A DNA stretch of 64,000 nucleotides from a virus, in IMG/VR virus record IMGVR_UViG_3300005077_001244; one strand, written 5' to 3'. Numbering within the stretch: position 1 is the first letter of the stretch; every line of letters starts with the position of its first letter. The notes under the pieces are model-generated. The model worked only from the letters and a program-made list of their open reading frames with translations. It was not told the DNA's origin and ran no database searches. Positions 18,181 through 27,767 of this stretch are shown here, in pieces. The position numbers and the translations under genes are program-made.

Positions 18181-19272
18181 TTATTTTTCATCATCATCTA
18201 ATTCATCAAGTATATCTTCATCAAAATCATCATCTTCATCTTCATCTACAGGACGTTTTTTAGATATTTTCTTAGATGTTTTTTTAAAAAGTTTTTCATC
18301 TTCTTCATCCTCATCATCCTCATCATCCTCATCATCTACAGGACGTTTTTTAGATGGTGTAGATGATTTCTTTTTTATAGGTTCATCATCATAATCATCA
18401 TCATCATCATAATTATTAAATCCAATTGTTGAAAGATATTCTTCAAGAGCTTGTTCTGCTTCTTCATAAGTACAATATGTGACATAGTTTCTTAAATCAA
18501 CTCTTTCATCAAGAAGTTTAAGTTCTTCTTTTTCTAATGCTCTTGGTTTTCTTACAACTACTGAATCTTCATAAGAAATATCCCAATTCTGTGAACCAGT
18601 TTTAACTTTTTTAATCTTAAAATCATGACCTTCTTCAACATCCACAAGATCATAAACTTCTCTATCTTCATCAACTTCAAGTGAAGATTCTACAACCCAT
18701 TCATCCTGAACATCACGATAAAAAGCAAAACCCATATTCTTACAAAGTTGACTCATCAACTTGCCTTCATTAGATGAATCTTTTAGTATTTGATATACTG
18801 GCCCATCGTCTGTATAGCGAAGTACATTTGTAAAAAATTGACGCTTTCTTTTAATCTTACCTGCAATGTTTTTAAGTTCATCATCCTTATTTGCTCTTGC
18901 AAGTTCATACATTTGTGCAACTTTTTCATCAATTGGATCTTTTACTACTCTACCATCTTTCAAAGTAAATTTCTTTGGAGTCCAAAGCATCTTACCTTTT
19001 CCTTCAGGCCCAATACCTTCAAAAAAATGATAAGCATGTGTCATATAAAAAAAGTCATCTTCTTCACCTTTTTTACCAACAAGTTCACCATTAGAATTGT
19101 ATGTGTCTTGTGTTAGATTAAGTGGTGGGAGAACTCTAATTTTATGAGTTCCTTCTATTGGAAGCCATTCACGTCCATCTGATGTGTTATTTGCAGCAGA
19201 CTTAGCAGCTTTTTCTCTCTGCTTCTCTCTTAGTCTATCAGCATAACTACCTTTTGATTGTTTTTCAGCCAT
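18181..19272 (-). CDS. T4 gp32-like single-stranded DNA-binding protein
   Basis: HKIRVLPP, DPIDE, RKRQFFTNV, GHDFKIK, WDISY and a long acidic tail; recombination-gene context. Confidence 0.75.
   Translation of the reverse strand: MAEKQSKGSYADRLREKQREKAAKSAANNTSDGREWLPIEGTHKIRVLPPLNLTQDTYNSNGELVGKKGEEDDFFYMTHAYHFFEGIGPEGKGKMLWTPKKFTLKDGRVVKDPIDEKVAQMYELARANKDDELKNIAGKIKRKRQFFTNVLRYTDDGPVYQILKDSSNEGKLMSQLCKNMGFAFYRDVQDEWVVESSLEVDEDREVYDLVDVEEGHDFKIKKVKTGSQNWDISYEDSVVVRKPRALEKEELKLLDERVDLRNYVTYCTYEEAEQALEEYLSTIGFNNYDDDDDYDDEPIKKKSSTPSKKRPVDDEDDEDDEDEEDEKLFKKTSKKISKKRPVDEDEDDDFDEDILDELDDDEK
18242..18355. repeat. 24-bp exact direct repeat plus Asp/Glu triplet repeats in the SSB tail
   Basis: tcatctacaggacgttttttagat at 18242-18265 and 18332-18355 (encodes SKKRPVD twice). 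Confidence 0.85.
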
Positions 19273-19362
19273 TGTCTTATTACTCCTTTATATTTATTTT
19301 TTCTGTTTACCTTTTGTTAAATAAGGTAAAATCTTTTATAATATATTATATAAAAATGATTT

Positions 19363-19755
19363 CTATTTTTTTCTAAAAATTTTCTTTTTTTCAAAATCTA
19401 TTTCATATTTCCCATTCTCATCTAACTTATATTTAACATTTATCTGATTCTCAAAATTTCTTTGTTCTTCCCTAATACCTTTTAATTTACTTACTAAAGT
19501 ATCTTTCTGTATTTCAACATTGCCTATAGCAATTAATATATCTTCTTGCATAATTACTAAATCTTTCAAATATTGAACATCTTGTTCAGATATATTACAA
19601 ATAATTTCATCTTCTAAAACATTCTCCATTTCTTTTGAAACATCTACAAGATTTATATTGTTTGGTGATACTATTTTTTTTGATTCAGAATTTTCATAAT
19701 CTTCATTAATTTGTGATTCTACTAATTGTTCAACAAAATCTTTTTTCTTTGCCAT
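19363..19755 (-). CDS. hypothetical coiled-coil protein
   Basis: 130-aa ORF. Confidence 0.7.
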   Translation of the reverse strand: MAKKKDFVEQLVESQINEDYENSESKKIVSPNNINLVDVSKEMENVLEDEIICNISEQDVQYLKDLVIMQEDILIAIGNVEIQKDTLVSKLKGIREEQRNFENQINVKYKLDENGKYEIDFEKKKIFRKK

Positions 19756-19757
19756 AA

Positions 19758-20657
19758 TTATTTCCTTATTTTTGATAACATTTTACTTAAATTAACTTTA
19801 TATTTCAACTCACAAACCTCTTTATACTCACACCATAAACATTGTTTCTGAGATGAATTACATAACTTCAAATCAGGTTCTTTCGTAAACTCATAAACCT
19901 CATCTACTTGATATGTTAATCCTTGAAAAAACTTTTCTTGTTTTTTTACTTTATCAATATATTGCTCTTTAAAAAATAAAGTTTTATCTTCATGATTAAG
20001 TACAAGATAACTAAATGAAGATGGAAAAGATTTAAAAGTTTTTAAACAATAATAAAAATATATTAAACTTTGTGTGTCAACTACCCAATCAGTAAAATAA
20101 AATTTATTACTTTCTTTTGTAGTCTTAAAATCAATTATCTTATAACCATTTTCAAAAAAATAAATTAAATCTACTATACCATTTAAAGTTATATCATATT
20201 TTGAATAATCATATTTAATCTTAAATTCATGCTCAGGTTTTAAATCTTTAAAATCATTAAAATATGCTATAAAAAACTTACTAAACATTAAAGCATACTT
20301 TTCACCTTTCTCAATAAACTTCTTATAAGAATATCCCCTATTCTCTCTAAATGTCTCCCTGTTATTATTTAACCATCTATCATAATATTCTTTAAACTTA
20401 CCATCAATTTCTTGTAATATAATTTTTGGTTCTTTTACTAAAATATTAATTGATATAAATTCAAGAACAGCATGTATAGCTTCCCCAAAACCACTACCAG
20501 GCCATGATGCTGGTTGAATATTATATTTCTCTTTATCCCATATAAGTAAATATCTAAAAAAATATTTTCTCGGACATTCAAAAAATAAATTTATCTTAGA
20601 TGCAGAAAGAGTTATATCTGTTTGTTTTTTATAATTTTGTAATTCTTTTAATTCCAT
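19758..20657 (-). CDS. Cas4/RecB/AddB-like PD-(D/E)xK exonuclease with Fe-S staple
   Basis: LSASKI..FECP, GEAIH, GIVDLI, IIDFKT, C-terminal CLWCEYKEVC. Confidence 0.85.
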   Translation of the reverse strand: MELKELQNYKKQTDITLSASKINLFFECPRKYFFRYLLIWDKEKYNIQPASWPGSGFGEAIHAVLEFISINILVKEPKIILQEIDGKFKEYYDRWLNNNRETFRENRGYSYKKFIEKGEKYALMFSKFFIAYFNDFKDLKPEHEFKIKYDYSKYDITLNGIVDLIYFFENGYKIIDFKTTKESNKFYFTDWVVDTQSLIYFYYCLKTFKSFPSSFSYLVLNHEDKTLFFKEQYIDKVKKQEKFFQGLTYQVDEVYEFTKEPDLKLCNSSQKQCLWCEYKEVCELKYKVNLSKMLSKIRK

Positions 20658-20661
20658 AATA

Positions 20662-20670
20662 TATTATATA
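20662..20670 (-). promoter_or_regulatory. TATATAATA motif 4 nt before ATG (possible leaderless transcript)
   Basis: no SD before ATG 20657. Confidence 0.45.
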
Positions 20671-20739
20671 ATCTTTTTAATATTTTTTCTAAAAAAAAAT
20701 TAGTAAATAAATTTCCAAACCCTTAGAATATTTAAGAAT

Positions 20740-20771
20740 TATTTAATATATTAAATACTTAATATATTAAG
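20740..20771. repeat. tandem palindromes (18 bp and 14 bp) sharing the core TTAATATATTAA
   Basis: tatttaatatattaaata 20740-20757; cttaatatattaag 20758-20771. Confidence 0.85.
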
Positions 20772-20840
20772 ATATTTAACACTACAACCCTTTCCACAAG
20801 GTTATTTTATTGTCAAAAAAACAAATAATTTAATTTTTTT

Positions 20841-20871
20841 TAAAAAAAAAGAGAATTATAAAAATTCTCTT
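20841..20871 (-). terminator. probable terminator after the amidase gene
   Basis: 9-bp stem aagagaatt/aattctctt followed by a T-run on the minus strand. Confidence 0.55.
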
Positions 20872-20933
20872 AAAAAAGTTATATATAAATATATTTCAAA
20901 AACAAATTATTATTTATTTATCAATTTGTTTAT

Positions 20934-21665
20934 TTACACATTAGGCTTAATATCCCATAAAGATTCACCATTGTCATGCTTATATGAATAATATTGTGAT
21001 ACCATTTTCTTCCACATTAACCAATCAAATCCTTTGCCAGGGCATTCTTTCCCACCTAACTTGCCATTATTCACTTTTATCTTTGCTCTATTATGACTTA
21101 TCATTACATCTATTGTTGGATATAATTTTTTTAAATAATTAAATAAACTAAGTAATGATGTATATTGTTCAGCAGTATATTCCTTAGCATTAGATGTACT
21201 TGGATTTTCTAACTCAACACCTATACTACCACCATCATAACTACCAACATCTGCATGCCATACCCATTTATCAGGGCTAATTATTTCCCATATAGTTCCA
21301 TTACGTTCTATAAGATAATGAAATAAACCAATACCTTTTTTATAAGAAAGACCTCTTTTACTTTCTGGAGTTACAAGATCACGCATCCAACGAAGAACCC
21401 CTACCCCAGCAGTCCCATGAATAACAAACCAATTTATAGGTTTAGTCCTATCATATCCTGAAAAAAATTTATTTCTTATTTTTTCATCTTTATTAATTAT
21501 AAACTTAGGTGTATCAATAACTTTAACTTCATTGACAGTATTATTAATAATATTAAATTGACTTGACCCTGTTGGATCATTTTTTTCTAATCTCTTTGCT
21601 CTCCAAAGATTAAAAATATCACAAATAGTTCTTGTTGTTTTACTTCCCATACCTAAGCCATCCAT
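20934..21665 (-). CDS. N-acetylmuramoyl-L-alanine amidase (Amidase_2), endolysin candidate
   Basis: VIHGTA, HYLIERNG, WHAD, SIGVEL, ISHN, CPG. Confidence 0.88.
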   Translation of the reverse strand: MDGLGMGSKTTRTICDIFNLWRAKRLEKNDPTGSSQFNIINNTVNEVKVIDTPKFIINKDEKIRNKFFSGYDRTKPINWFVIHGTAGVGVLRWMRDLVTPESKRGLSYKKGIGLFHYLIERNGTIWEIISPDKWVWHADVGSYDGGSIGVELENPSTSNAKEYTAEQYTSLLSLFNYLKKLYPTIDVMISHNRAKIKVNNGKLGGKECPGKGFDWLMWKKMVSQYYSYKHDNGESLWDIKPNV

Positions 21666-21972
21666 AAAATTTAAAATAATTTAAATTATTTTCATTATCA
21701 TATGCTTCCTTTTCAAATAAAATATTTTTATATGCCTCAATATGAGAATTTTTTTTAAATCTATTTATTAAATAATTTATAAAATAAATTATATAAAAAA
21801 ATATAATTAAACACTCAGCTTGTTGTCTTAAATGTATATTTTCATGCTTTATTGTATTTATATTACCTTTCATTTCATTTCTTAAAAATATAAATGGAAA
21901 GATAGTTATACCAGATACCCATGATTGAAAACCACTTAATAAATATACTAAAAAATTATTATAAATTATCAT
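21640..21972 (-). CDS. small HExxH membrane-associated protein
   Basis: GITIFPFIFL, KHENIHLRQQ, FEKEAY. Confidence 0.6.
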   Translation of the reverse strand: MIIYNNFLVYLLSGFQSWVSGITIFPFIFLRNEMKGNINTIKHENIHLRQQAECLIIFFYIIYFINYLINRFKKNSHIEAYKNILFEKEAYDNENNLNYFKFYGWLRYGK

Positions 21973-22253
21973 GATCTCTTACCAAAAATTTTTTTTTCAA
22001 TTTCATATTTCATAGGACAATATGGTTTATATTCAGCACCTAAAAAAGAATTATATTTTTTTACAAAATCTTCTGCTTCATTAAGATCTAAATTTTCTCT
22101 GTAAATAACTTTATTATTAAAAAAATTATAATCTTTTTGACCTAATTCACCATAAATTAATATTATTTGATAATCCATATTTTTATACCTTTTATTTTGT
22201 TTTTCGATTAATACCATTACCTCTTCTGTTACCATTACCATATCCAGGGCCAC
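21969..22253 (-). CDS. hypothetical protein (true start probably 22217)
   Basis: GAGG SD precedes the ATG at 22217. Confidence 0.55.
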   Translation of the reverse strand: MALDMVMVTEEVMVLIEKQNKRYKNMDYQIILIYGELGQKDYNFFNNKVIYRENLDLNEAEDFVKKYNSFLGAEYKPYCPMKYEIEKKIFGKRS

Positions 22254-22383
22254 CTTTAGGACAAGAAGATGTATTCCTACCTAATCGTCTCCCTTGACCA
22301 ATACCATTTTTAGGACGTTCTATACCTCTTGAATTTTTTTCACTCATTTTTATACCATCCTTATATTTTATTATTTTACACAC
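22192..22383 (-). CDS. small Gly/Arg/Asn-rich basic protein (start probably 22347)
   Basis: GIGQGRRLGRNTSSCPKGGPGYGNG; AAGGA SD before ATG 22347. Confidence 0.55.
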   Translation of the reverse strand: MCKIIKYKDGIKMSEKNSRGIERPKNGIGQGRRLGRNTSSCPKGGPGYGNGNRRGNGINRKTK

Positions 22384-23268
22384 TTAGTTCAAAATAAGTT
22401 TAAACCATTGTACTAATACTGCTGCATTTATTGTACTCGCAGCAGGGGTACTTAAATTTACATATATATGTCGATTTTCACTCACAATTAAATTATTACC
22501 TATTGCTGCATCTGCTACTCCCGCAGAAGAAGAATAAGCTGTTGTATCCGCTTGTTGAGTAAATACCCCATTTATTTTACCAGATATTCTTAGAATATAA
22601 GAAGAAGCTGTAGATATATAAGTACCAGAAACAGAATATGTGATACTTATTTCTTTTGTTTTTTCTGGAATCCATTGAGAACAATTTATGTCTGCTGTAA
22701 TTACTGCCGATGCTGACCACATACTTATAGGAGTAATATAACTCCACACTTCAGTATTTTGAACAAAATCTACAAAATATTTCGTAGTCACCGCAGTATA
22801 AGCACAAGTCACAAATCTATATCTTGTATATCCAGTTGGTAAAGTAGGTGTTGTACTTGACGTTGACATTATAGCTGATGTTGTACCATCTTCTTTCATA
22901 ATAATAAAAAAATAATACCAAGTTGATTCAGCAACTAAACCTGTATCAAGCCCAAGAACACCTGAAATTGTTTGATCTACTATGTAAGTCCCAGGAGTTG
23001 CATTTAATCCTTGAACATTTATTGCAGTAAAAGTAATATCAATTTTTGTATTAGGAGTAGTTGCATTTCTCTTTACAAGTAAACCTATTGGATTAAATTG
23101 ACTTGCATCATACCCACCTAATTTTTCAACATTAAGATTATTTACCATTTCTTTTGATGTAACAACTAAAGGTGGTGTCCCATCTAAAACTGTTGACTCT
23201 AATGGATCTAAAATTTTTACATTAGGTTCATCAAAACTTTGAATTTCATTTATCTTAATCTTACTCAT
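22384..23268 (-). CDS. tail fibre-associated virion protein
   Basis: VNNLNVEKLGG linker; WYYFFII, PTLPTGYTRYRFV; context. Confidence 0.6.
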   Translation of the reverse strand: MSKIKINEIQSFDEPNVKILDPLESTVLDGTPPLVVTSKEMVNNLNVEKLGGYDASQFNPIGLLVKRNATTPNTKIDITFTAINVQGLNATPGTYIVDQTISGVLGLDTGLVAESTWYYFFIIMKEDGTTSAIMSTSSTTPTLPTGYTRYRFVTCAYTAVTTKYFVDFVQNTEVWSYITPISMWSASAVITADINCSQWIPEKTKEISITYSVSGTYISTASSYILRISGKINGVFTQQADTTAYSSSAGVADAAIGNNLIVSENRHIYVNLSTPAASTINAAVLVQWFKLILN

Positions 23269-23279
23269 AATTACTCACA

Positions 23280-23951
23280 TCACCATTTTATTTGATTTAA
23301 TTGCTCTACAGTAATAGCAGACTGTATTTGTGCTTCTAATGCCCATTTCTTATTATATAAATCAAATACATGATCTTCCATTTCATTGCATATAGAATTA
23401 AGTTGTGCAATAGTAACACCTACTTTAGTTTCACTAAAACCTTTGTAATCTGTAACAGTCAAACTGTTCCTTGTCATATATGAAATTAATCCTTGAACAT
23501 TCTGTAAATCATTCTTTAAATTTGAACGTCTGCAATCAATTTCAATTTCAATAGTTGTAGACATAAATTTGCCATTAGATATTTCATTATTAAAAGCATT
23601 AATAATTTCAAATTCTTTCAATTTCTTAAATTTATCTATATCAATTACCCAAATATCATTTTCAAACTTATTAGGATAACCTTCAATAGGAACTTCTTTA
23701 GTTAAATTATTAATATCTTCATTTAAAGAATTTATAACTATTTTTTGAGAAGTTTCCTTATCATAATAAATTCCTCTAATATCTGTTTTTAATACCCATT
23801 TTCTATTTTCAATAACTGGTATCTTGCCATCTTCTTGTGGAGGTGGAGTTGTCATCCATTCACGATTATTATAAACATCCTCTCCGTAAAATCCTTTATC
23901 TGATTTTCCTGTTATAATCTCACCATCTGAATTTGTTTTATATAATATCAT
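23280..23951 (-). CDS. tail fibre assembly/chaperone-like protein (DUF4376-like C-terminus)
   Basis: C-terminal AITVEQLNQIKW; TPPP...W N-terminal region. Confidence 0.6.
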   Translation of the reverse strand: MILYKTNSDGEIITGKSDKGFYGEDVYNNREWMTTPPPQEDGKIPVIENRKWVLKTDIRGIYYDKETSQKIVINSLNEDINNLTKEVPIEGYPNKFENDIWVIDIDKFKKLKEFEIINAFNNEISNGKFMSTTIEIEIDCRRSNLKNDLQNVQGLISYMTRNSLTVTDYKGFSETKVGVTIAQLNSICNEMEDHVFDLYNKKWALEAQIQSAITVEQLNQIKW

Positions 23952-24006
23952 TTACCTTGATCCCCCACTTTCATAATTTTATCTATAAATTTTAATGTAA
24001 TTTTTA

Positions 24007-24903
24007 TCATAATACCCTCACTATGTAATTAGTATACGACCCTTCTTCAAAAGCTGGATACCACATTAGTAACCCGCTTTCTGTGGCCTCTGCATAGTAA
24101 TACATCCCACGAGCTATCGGCACCCATGCGGATCCGTATTTTGTATAGGAGTTAATATCATCACCATATTCAGCTACAACCGCAGCAGCAGTCATTGTTG
24201 ACTCATTATCTACATATAAATGTGCATGCGCCATATAGTTATTTATCCATATAACATTTACAAATCCATCTGTAAGAGCTTGATGAACAGTTGTAAAAGC
24301 CTTAGAGACTCCGTTAGACATATCAGGATGACCACCGTATTTTTTAAATCCGAGCGGGTATCGTTCCTGTAAATCAGGCAAATAAAAATGCGTTGAGTCC
24401 GCAAAACCCCACGGATTAGAATATAAAGTCTGCGTCCCTGTGCCGTCGTCTGTCAGATTGATTACAGTTCCCGCAATCGCATTGTTAAGACTTGTCGCAA
24501 CCTTAAAACTATTCTCGTCATTGTATATTACAAAATATTCTGTGTCCTCAACGAGCGGAGCAGGTAGATCCGAGCCTACAAAGGAAATACACTCTCCTGT
24601 TAAGAATCCATGATTTGATAAGTTAATTAAATCGCTCCCATGTGTTGAAGTAATTACATCAACTTCTGTGTACCATTTAGACCATAAATCTGGATAAGAG
24701 GAACGAAGTAAAGAGGCACCTTTACACCACATCCATCTGCTATTTGGTAATACTTTTGAAGTCCAAGGTTTCATTTCACCAATTAATTCAGTAGAAATAA
24801 CTTCATCAGCGGAAATTGTTCCTACAATTTCTAATGGATCTAATATAGTAATTCTAGTCCCACTTAATTTTTGAATTTGATTTACTTTTAATAAGCTGCT
24901 CAT
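24007..24903 (-). CDS. tail collar-domain fibre protein A with inserted beta domain
   Basis: IGEMKPW...WCKGASL...YPDLW [insert] FYLPDLQ. Confidence 0.75.
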   Translation of the reverse strand: MSSLLKVNQIQKLSGTRITILDPLEIVGTISADEVISTELIGEMKPWTSKVLPNSRWMWCKGASLLRSSYPDLWSKWYTEVDVITSTHGSDLINLSNHGFLTGECISFVGSDLPAPLVEDTEYFVIYNDENSFKVATSLNNAIAGTVINLTDDGTGTQTLYSNPWGFADSTHFYLPDLQERYPLGFKKYGGHPDMSNGVSKAFTTVHQALTDGFVNVIWINNYMAHAHLYVDNESTMTAAAVVAEYGDDINSYTKYGSAWVPIARGMYYYAEATESGLLMWYPAFEEGSYTNYIVRVL

Positions 24904-25625
24904 TTATATTACTCTCACTATGTAATTGATACCGATTGAGTTCTCACGAGTTGTTAAACCGTATCTGGGGACGCCGTTTGTGCCGTCGTTAATAGGCGAA
25001 GTAATGACAGCATCACCATTTGTCCCTGTGACATTGCTTCCAAGTAAAAACGATGTTGCGCCGCCACTGCTGCCGGCAACATAATAGCCATAATAATGTT
25101 TATGCCCTTGGAACCCATCCTCTTCACTCACCCCCAGCGCCGGCGCGGTTTTAGTACGCCCCGATATAGTATAAGATCCGCTCGCTTTTAAGACTCGACC
25201 TTGATAATCTGGTAAATAAAAATGTGTAGAATCCTCAAACCCATAAGGGTTACTATATATAGTATGTGTTCCTGATCCTGCTGAAGTTGTTGCAAGTTTT
25301 GTACCTGCGATAGCAAAATCCAGTGTAGAAGCAAGATTAAATGAATTGTCATCAATTTCAATTACAAAATATTCTGTATCTACAGAAAGACCTAATGGTA
25401 AGGAACCTGTCGTGACAAGAGAAACACATGATCCTGTTAAAAACCCATGAGAGTTTAATGTAACAACTGCGGGATTTGCATTTGATATTGAAACATCTCC
25501 TCTATTTACATACCATTTAGACCATAAATCTGGATAAGAGGAACGAAGTAAAGAAGCACCTTTGCACCACATCCATCTACTACTTGGTAATATTTCTGAG
25601 GTCCAAGGTTTTGGTTCACCAATTA
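24671..25625. repeat. 115-bp direct repeat shared by the two collar genes
   Basis: 24671-24785 vs 25511-25625; first 44 bp identical, 10 mismatches in total. Confidence 0.9.
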
Positions 25626-25707
25626 GATATGTTGATACACATTCTTGTGCAACAACTATATTAGTTTCTACTTCATTAACTATAATTTTGCTCATAATAT
25701 CACCCAA
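24904..25707 (-). CDS. tail collar-domain fibre protein B (paralog)
   Basis: same collar split by the ISNANPAVVTLNSHGF insert; C-terminal EDGFQGHKH...RENSIGINYIVR. Confidence 0.78.
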   Translation of the reverse strand: MGDIMSKIIVNEVETNIVVAQECVSTYLIGEPKPWTSEILPSSRWMWCKGASLLRSSYPDLWSKWYVNRGDVSISNANPAVVTLNSHGFLTGSCVSLVTTGSLPLGLSVDTEYFVIEIDDNSFNLASTLDFAIAGTKLATTSAGSGTHTIYSNPYGFEDSTHFYLPDYQGRVLKASGSYTISGRTKTAPALGVSEEDGFQGHKHYYGYYVAGSSGGATSFLLGSNVTGTNGDAVITSPINDGTNGVPRYGLTTRENSIGINYIVRVI

Positions 25708-26054
25708 ACAGATCCAGATTCTATTGTTACTGTTATTCCGAGATTTACTTCAACAGGGCCTACAGATAACCCATTATTAAATTGTACTATAGTTATATCT
25801 TCAGTTATATATTGATTAAAAAATTCAATTTCTTGTAGTGATGACCCTTGTGGATTTAACCATATAGCATTACCTGTTATTGGGTCTTTAGTAAGAACTT
25901 GTTCATTAAGGGCAGCAGATACTTGTGTTAAAGTGTTTAATGATATTTGTTTATCAGATAATTCTGATAAATTGTTATTACTTTTTAGAACACCAGATAA
26001 TAATGGTTGCAATGTATCTACATCAATTACATTACCTTTAGCTTTTTCTCTCAT
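25692..26054 (-). CDS. small virion/fibre-like protein
   Basis: LKSNNNLSELSDK motif seen in fibre shafts. Confidence 0.5.
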   Translation of the reverse strand: MREKAKGNVIDVDTLQPLLSGVLKSNNNLSELSDKQISLNTLTQVSAALNEQVLTKDPITGNAIWLNPQGSSLQEIEFFNQYITEDITIVQFNNGLSVGPVEVNLGITVTIESGSVWVIL

Positions 26055-26067
26055 AATTATTTATACC

Positions 26068-26697
26068 TTAATTAAACTTTTTATACACTTCAATAATAGC
26101 AGTTTCTCCATGCCCTTTCCATGTATCCTTTTCAATATATGCTTGAACAAAAAATTTCCCATATTGGTTAAAATCACCTAAAAATGCTTTTACAGGTTCT
26201 TTAAAATTAGTAAAATTATATAAAGATTCAAATAAATCATTTTCTTCTTCATGATCTATGATTACATCAGCACCTAAAACTGAACTTGTAAATCTTAAAT
26301 CATTACCAACTAAACTTACAATAATATTATATGTAGATAAAGTAGTATTTAATAAAATAATTAAATCTGAAAAAGATATAGGTGTTATCATTCCATTTGT
26401 ATTAAATGTTATTGTTTCATTATTTAGTTTAAATTTGTATATAGTATCAGTTAATAAATTTGTATTATCTAATAAAAATACATTTATATCAATTTCATGG
26501 TATCCAAAATCTTGGGGTGCTGTAACATATTTAAGATATTTAAGGTCTTGAATAGATGCTGTGAATATATGTTCAGAATTATCAGGTTTTTTCATTTTAA
26601 TTTGTGTAACTGTTGAGCCTGTTAAATCCATTCCACAATTTAATAAAATTGTAATACCTGTATCACCCATATAGACTTTTATACTTTCATGAGACAT
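26068..26697 (-). CDS. BppU-N-like Ig-fold virion protein with inserted domain
   Basis: VYMGDTG..MKKPD...LKYVT [insert] LGDFNQYGKFFVQAYI. Confidence 0.55.
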   Translation of the reverse strand: MSHESIKVYMGDTGITILLNCGMDLTGSTVTQIKMKKPDNSEHIFTASIQDLKYLKYVTAPQDFGYHEIDINVFLLDNTNLLTDTIYKFKLNNETITFNTNGMITPISFSDLIILLNTTLSTYNIIVSLVGNDLRFTSSVLGADVIIDHEEENDLFESLYNFTNFKEPVKAFLGDFNQYGKFFVQAYIEKDTWKGHGETAIIEVYKKFN

Positions 26698-26716
26698 TAT
26701 TTATCTCCATATTGAT

Positions 26717-26754
26717 ATAACTATATAAAGAAATTATATTTCTTATATAGTTAT
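26717..26754. repeat. near-perfect 17-bp inverted repeat (1-nt bulge)
   Basis: ataactatataaagaaat-tat-atttcttatatagttat. Confidence 0.8.
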
Positions 26755-26870
26755 TTATAATTACATTAGTATTAATATATGAAAATAATTGTTTTTCTTT
26801 ATAAATTATTGATTTTGATTCAATAGTTTGGTTTATAAAAGATTGTTTAATTATTTCATTTATCATAAAC

Positions 26871-27317
26871 TTATTCTAATTCAAGTCTTAATGTTAATCT
26901 GATAACTCCGCCACCAGTTGTAGGAATTATAAATGGAGTTGGGAAGGATTCACACCACATTAATTCAGCAGTAGCATCATCTACTGCATTTCCTTTAAAT
27001 ATATAATATCCATAAATACTATATTCGGAAGCATCACTTAAAAGATTAATAACTTTTTCAGATGCAGTAGCTATACCTGATCCTGAACTTGTTATTGCCC
27101 AGTCAACAATTTCAACTTCTCTTTCTACTGGTGTTGTAAATAAAAGACTACTAACATCATTTGCAGCATTTTTTAATGTTGTCAATGTCATTGATTCATT
27201 AAATGGTATTAATGTTTTTGTAAAACCTATATATAGTTTATCTCCTGCATAATTAGTCTTTCCTAATATTAGACCTAGTATATTTCTTTCTGCTTCTTCT
27301 GGTACTATGATAGCCAT
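26871..27317 (-). CDS. putative virion structural protein
   Basis: AIIVPEEAE..IL, IYGYYI, WCESF pattern common in tail-region genes. Confidence 0.55.
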   Translation of the reverse strand: MAIIVPEEAERNILGLILGKTNYAGDKLYIGFTKTLIPFNESMTLTTLKNAANDVSSLLFTTPVEREVEIVDWAITSSGSGIATASEKVINLLSDASEYSIYGYYIFKGNAVDDATAELMWCESFPTPFIIPTTGGGVIRLTLRLELE

Positions 27318-27336
27318 AATAATTTCTCCTTTTATT

Positions 27337-27720
27337 TTAACTTAATGTCATTAACCCATTTGGGCCCCAATCAACATCGAAATTTCCTAATTGATTAGTT
27401 TCAAAATTTATAAAAAATAATATTCTTTTTGCTTCATCTAATAAAGATGTATCATCATAAACTATTGCATATCTTGATGGATTAATCATATTTGTATATG
27501 AAACAATGCTTGCGTTTAGTGTGTTATCTGTTATTATTGTATTTTCAATAATTTTTTCAGTTCCATTTACTATATATGAATTTATTTGGCTTTTAAATTC
27601 TAAAGAAGAACCTATAACAGATGATGCACTTTCATTTAAAAGAACTATTTTAAGAACAGAGTCTCTATATTTAGTTAATATTTCCTGAAAGAATCCACTA
27701 CAAAATGTCGTTGATGCCAT
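27337..27720 (-). CDS. putative virion structural protein
   Basis: KIVLL, RYAIVYDDT, FDVDW.PNG. Confidence 0.55.
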   Translation of the reverse strand: MASTTFCSGFFQEILTKYRDSVLKIVLLNESASSVIGSSLEFKSQINSYIVNGTEKIIENTIITDNTLNASIVSYTNMINPSRYAIVYDDTSLLDEAKRILFFINFETNQLGNFDVDWGPNGLMTLS

Positions 27721-27755
27721 TATTTTTATTCCTTATAAGTTTATATTCCATATAT

Positions 27756-27764
27756 TATTATATA
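27756..27764 (-). promoter_or_regulatory. TATATAATA -10-like motif
   Basis: 35 nt before ATG 27720. Confidence 0.5.
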
Positions 27765-27767
27765 AAT

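Noticed and set aside
20790-20798. DnaA box as a stand-alone feature
   Set aside because: A single one-mismatch copy; kept only as weak support in the origin finding
24671-25625. Diversity-generating retroelement TR/VR pair
   Set aside because: Differences are not adenine-specific, both copies are in conserved coding regions, and there is no reverse transcriptase in the window
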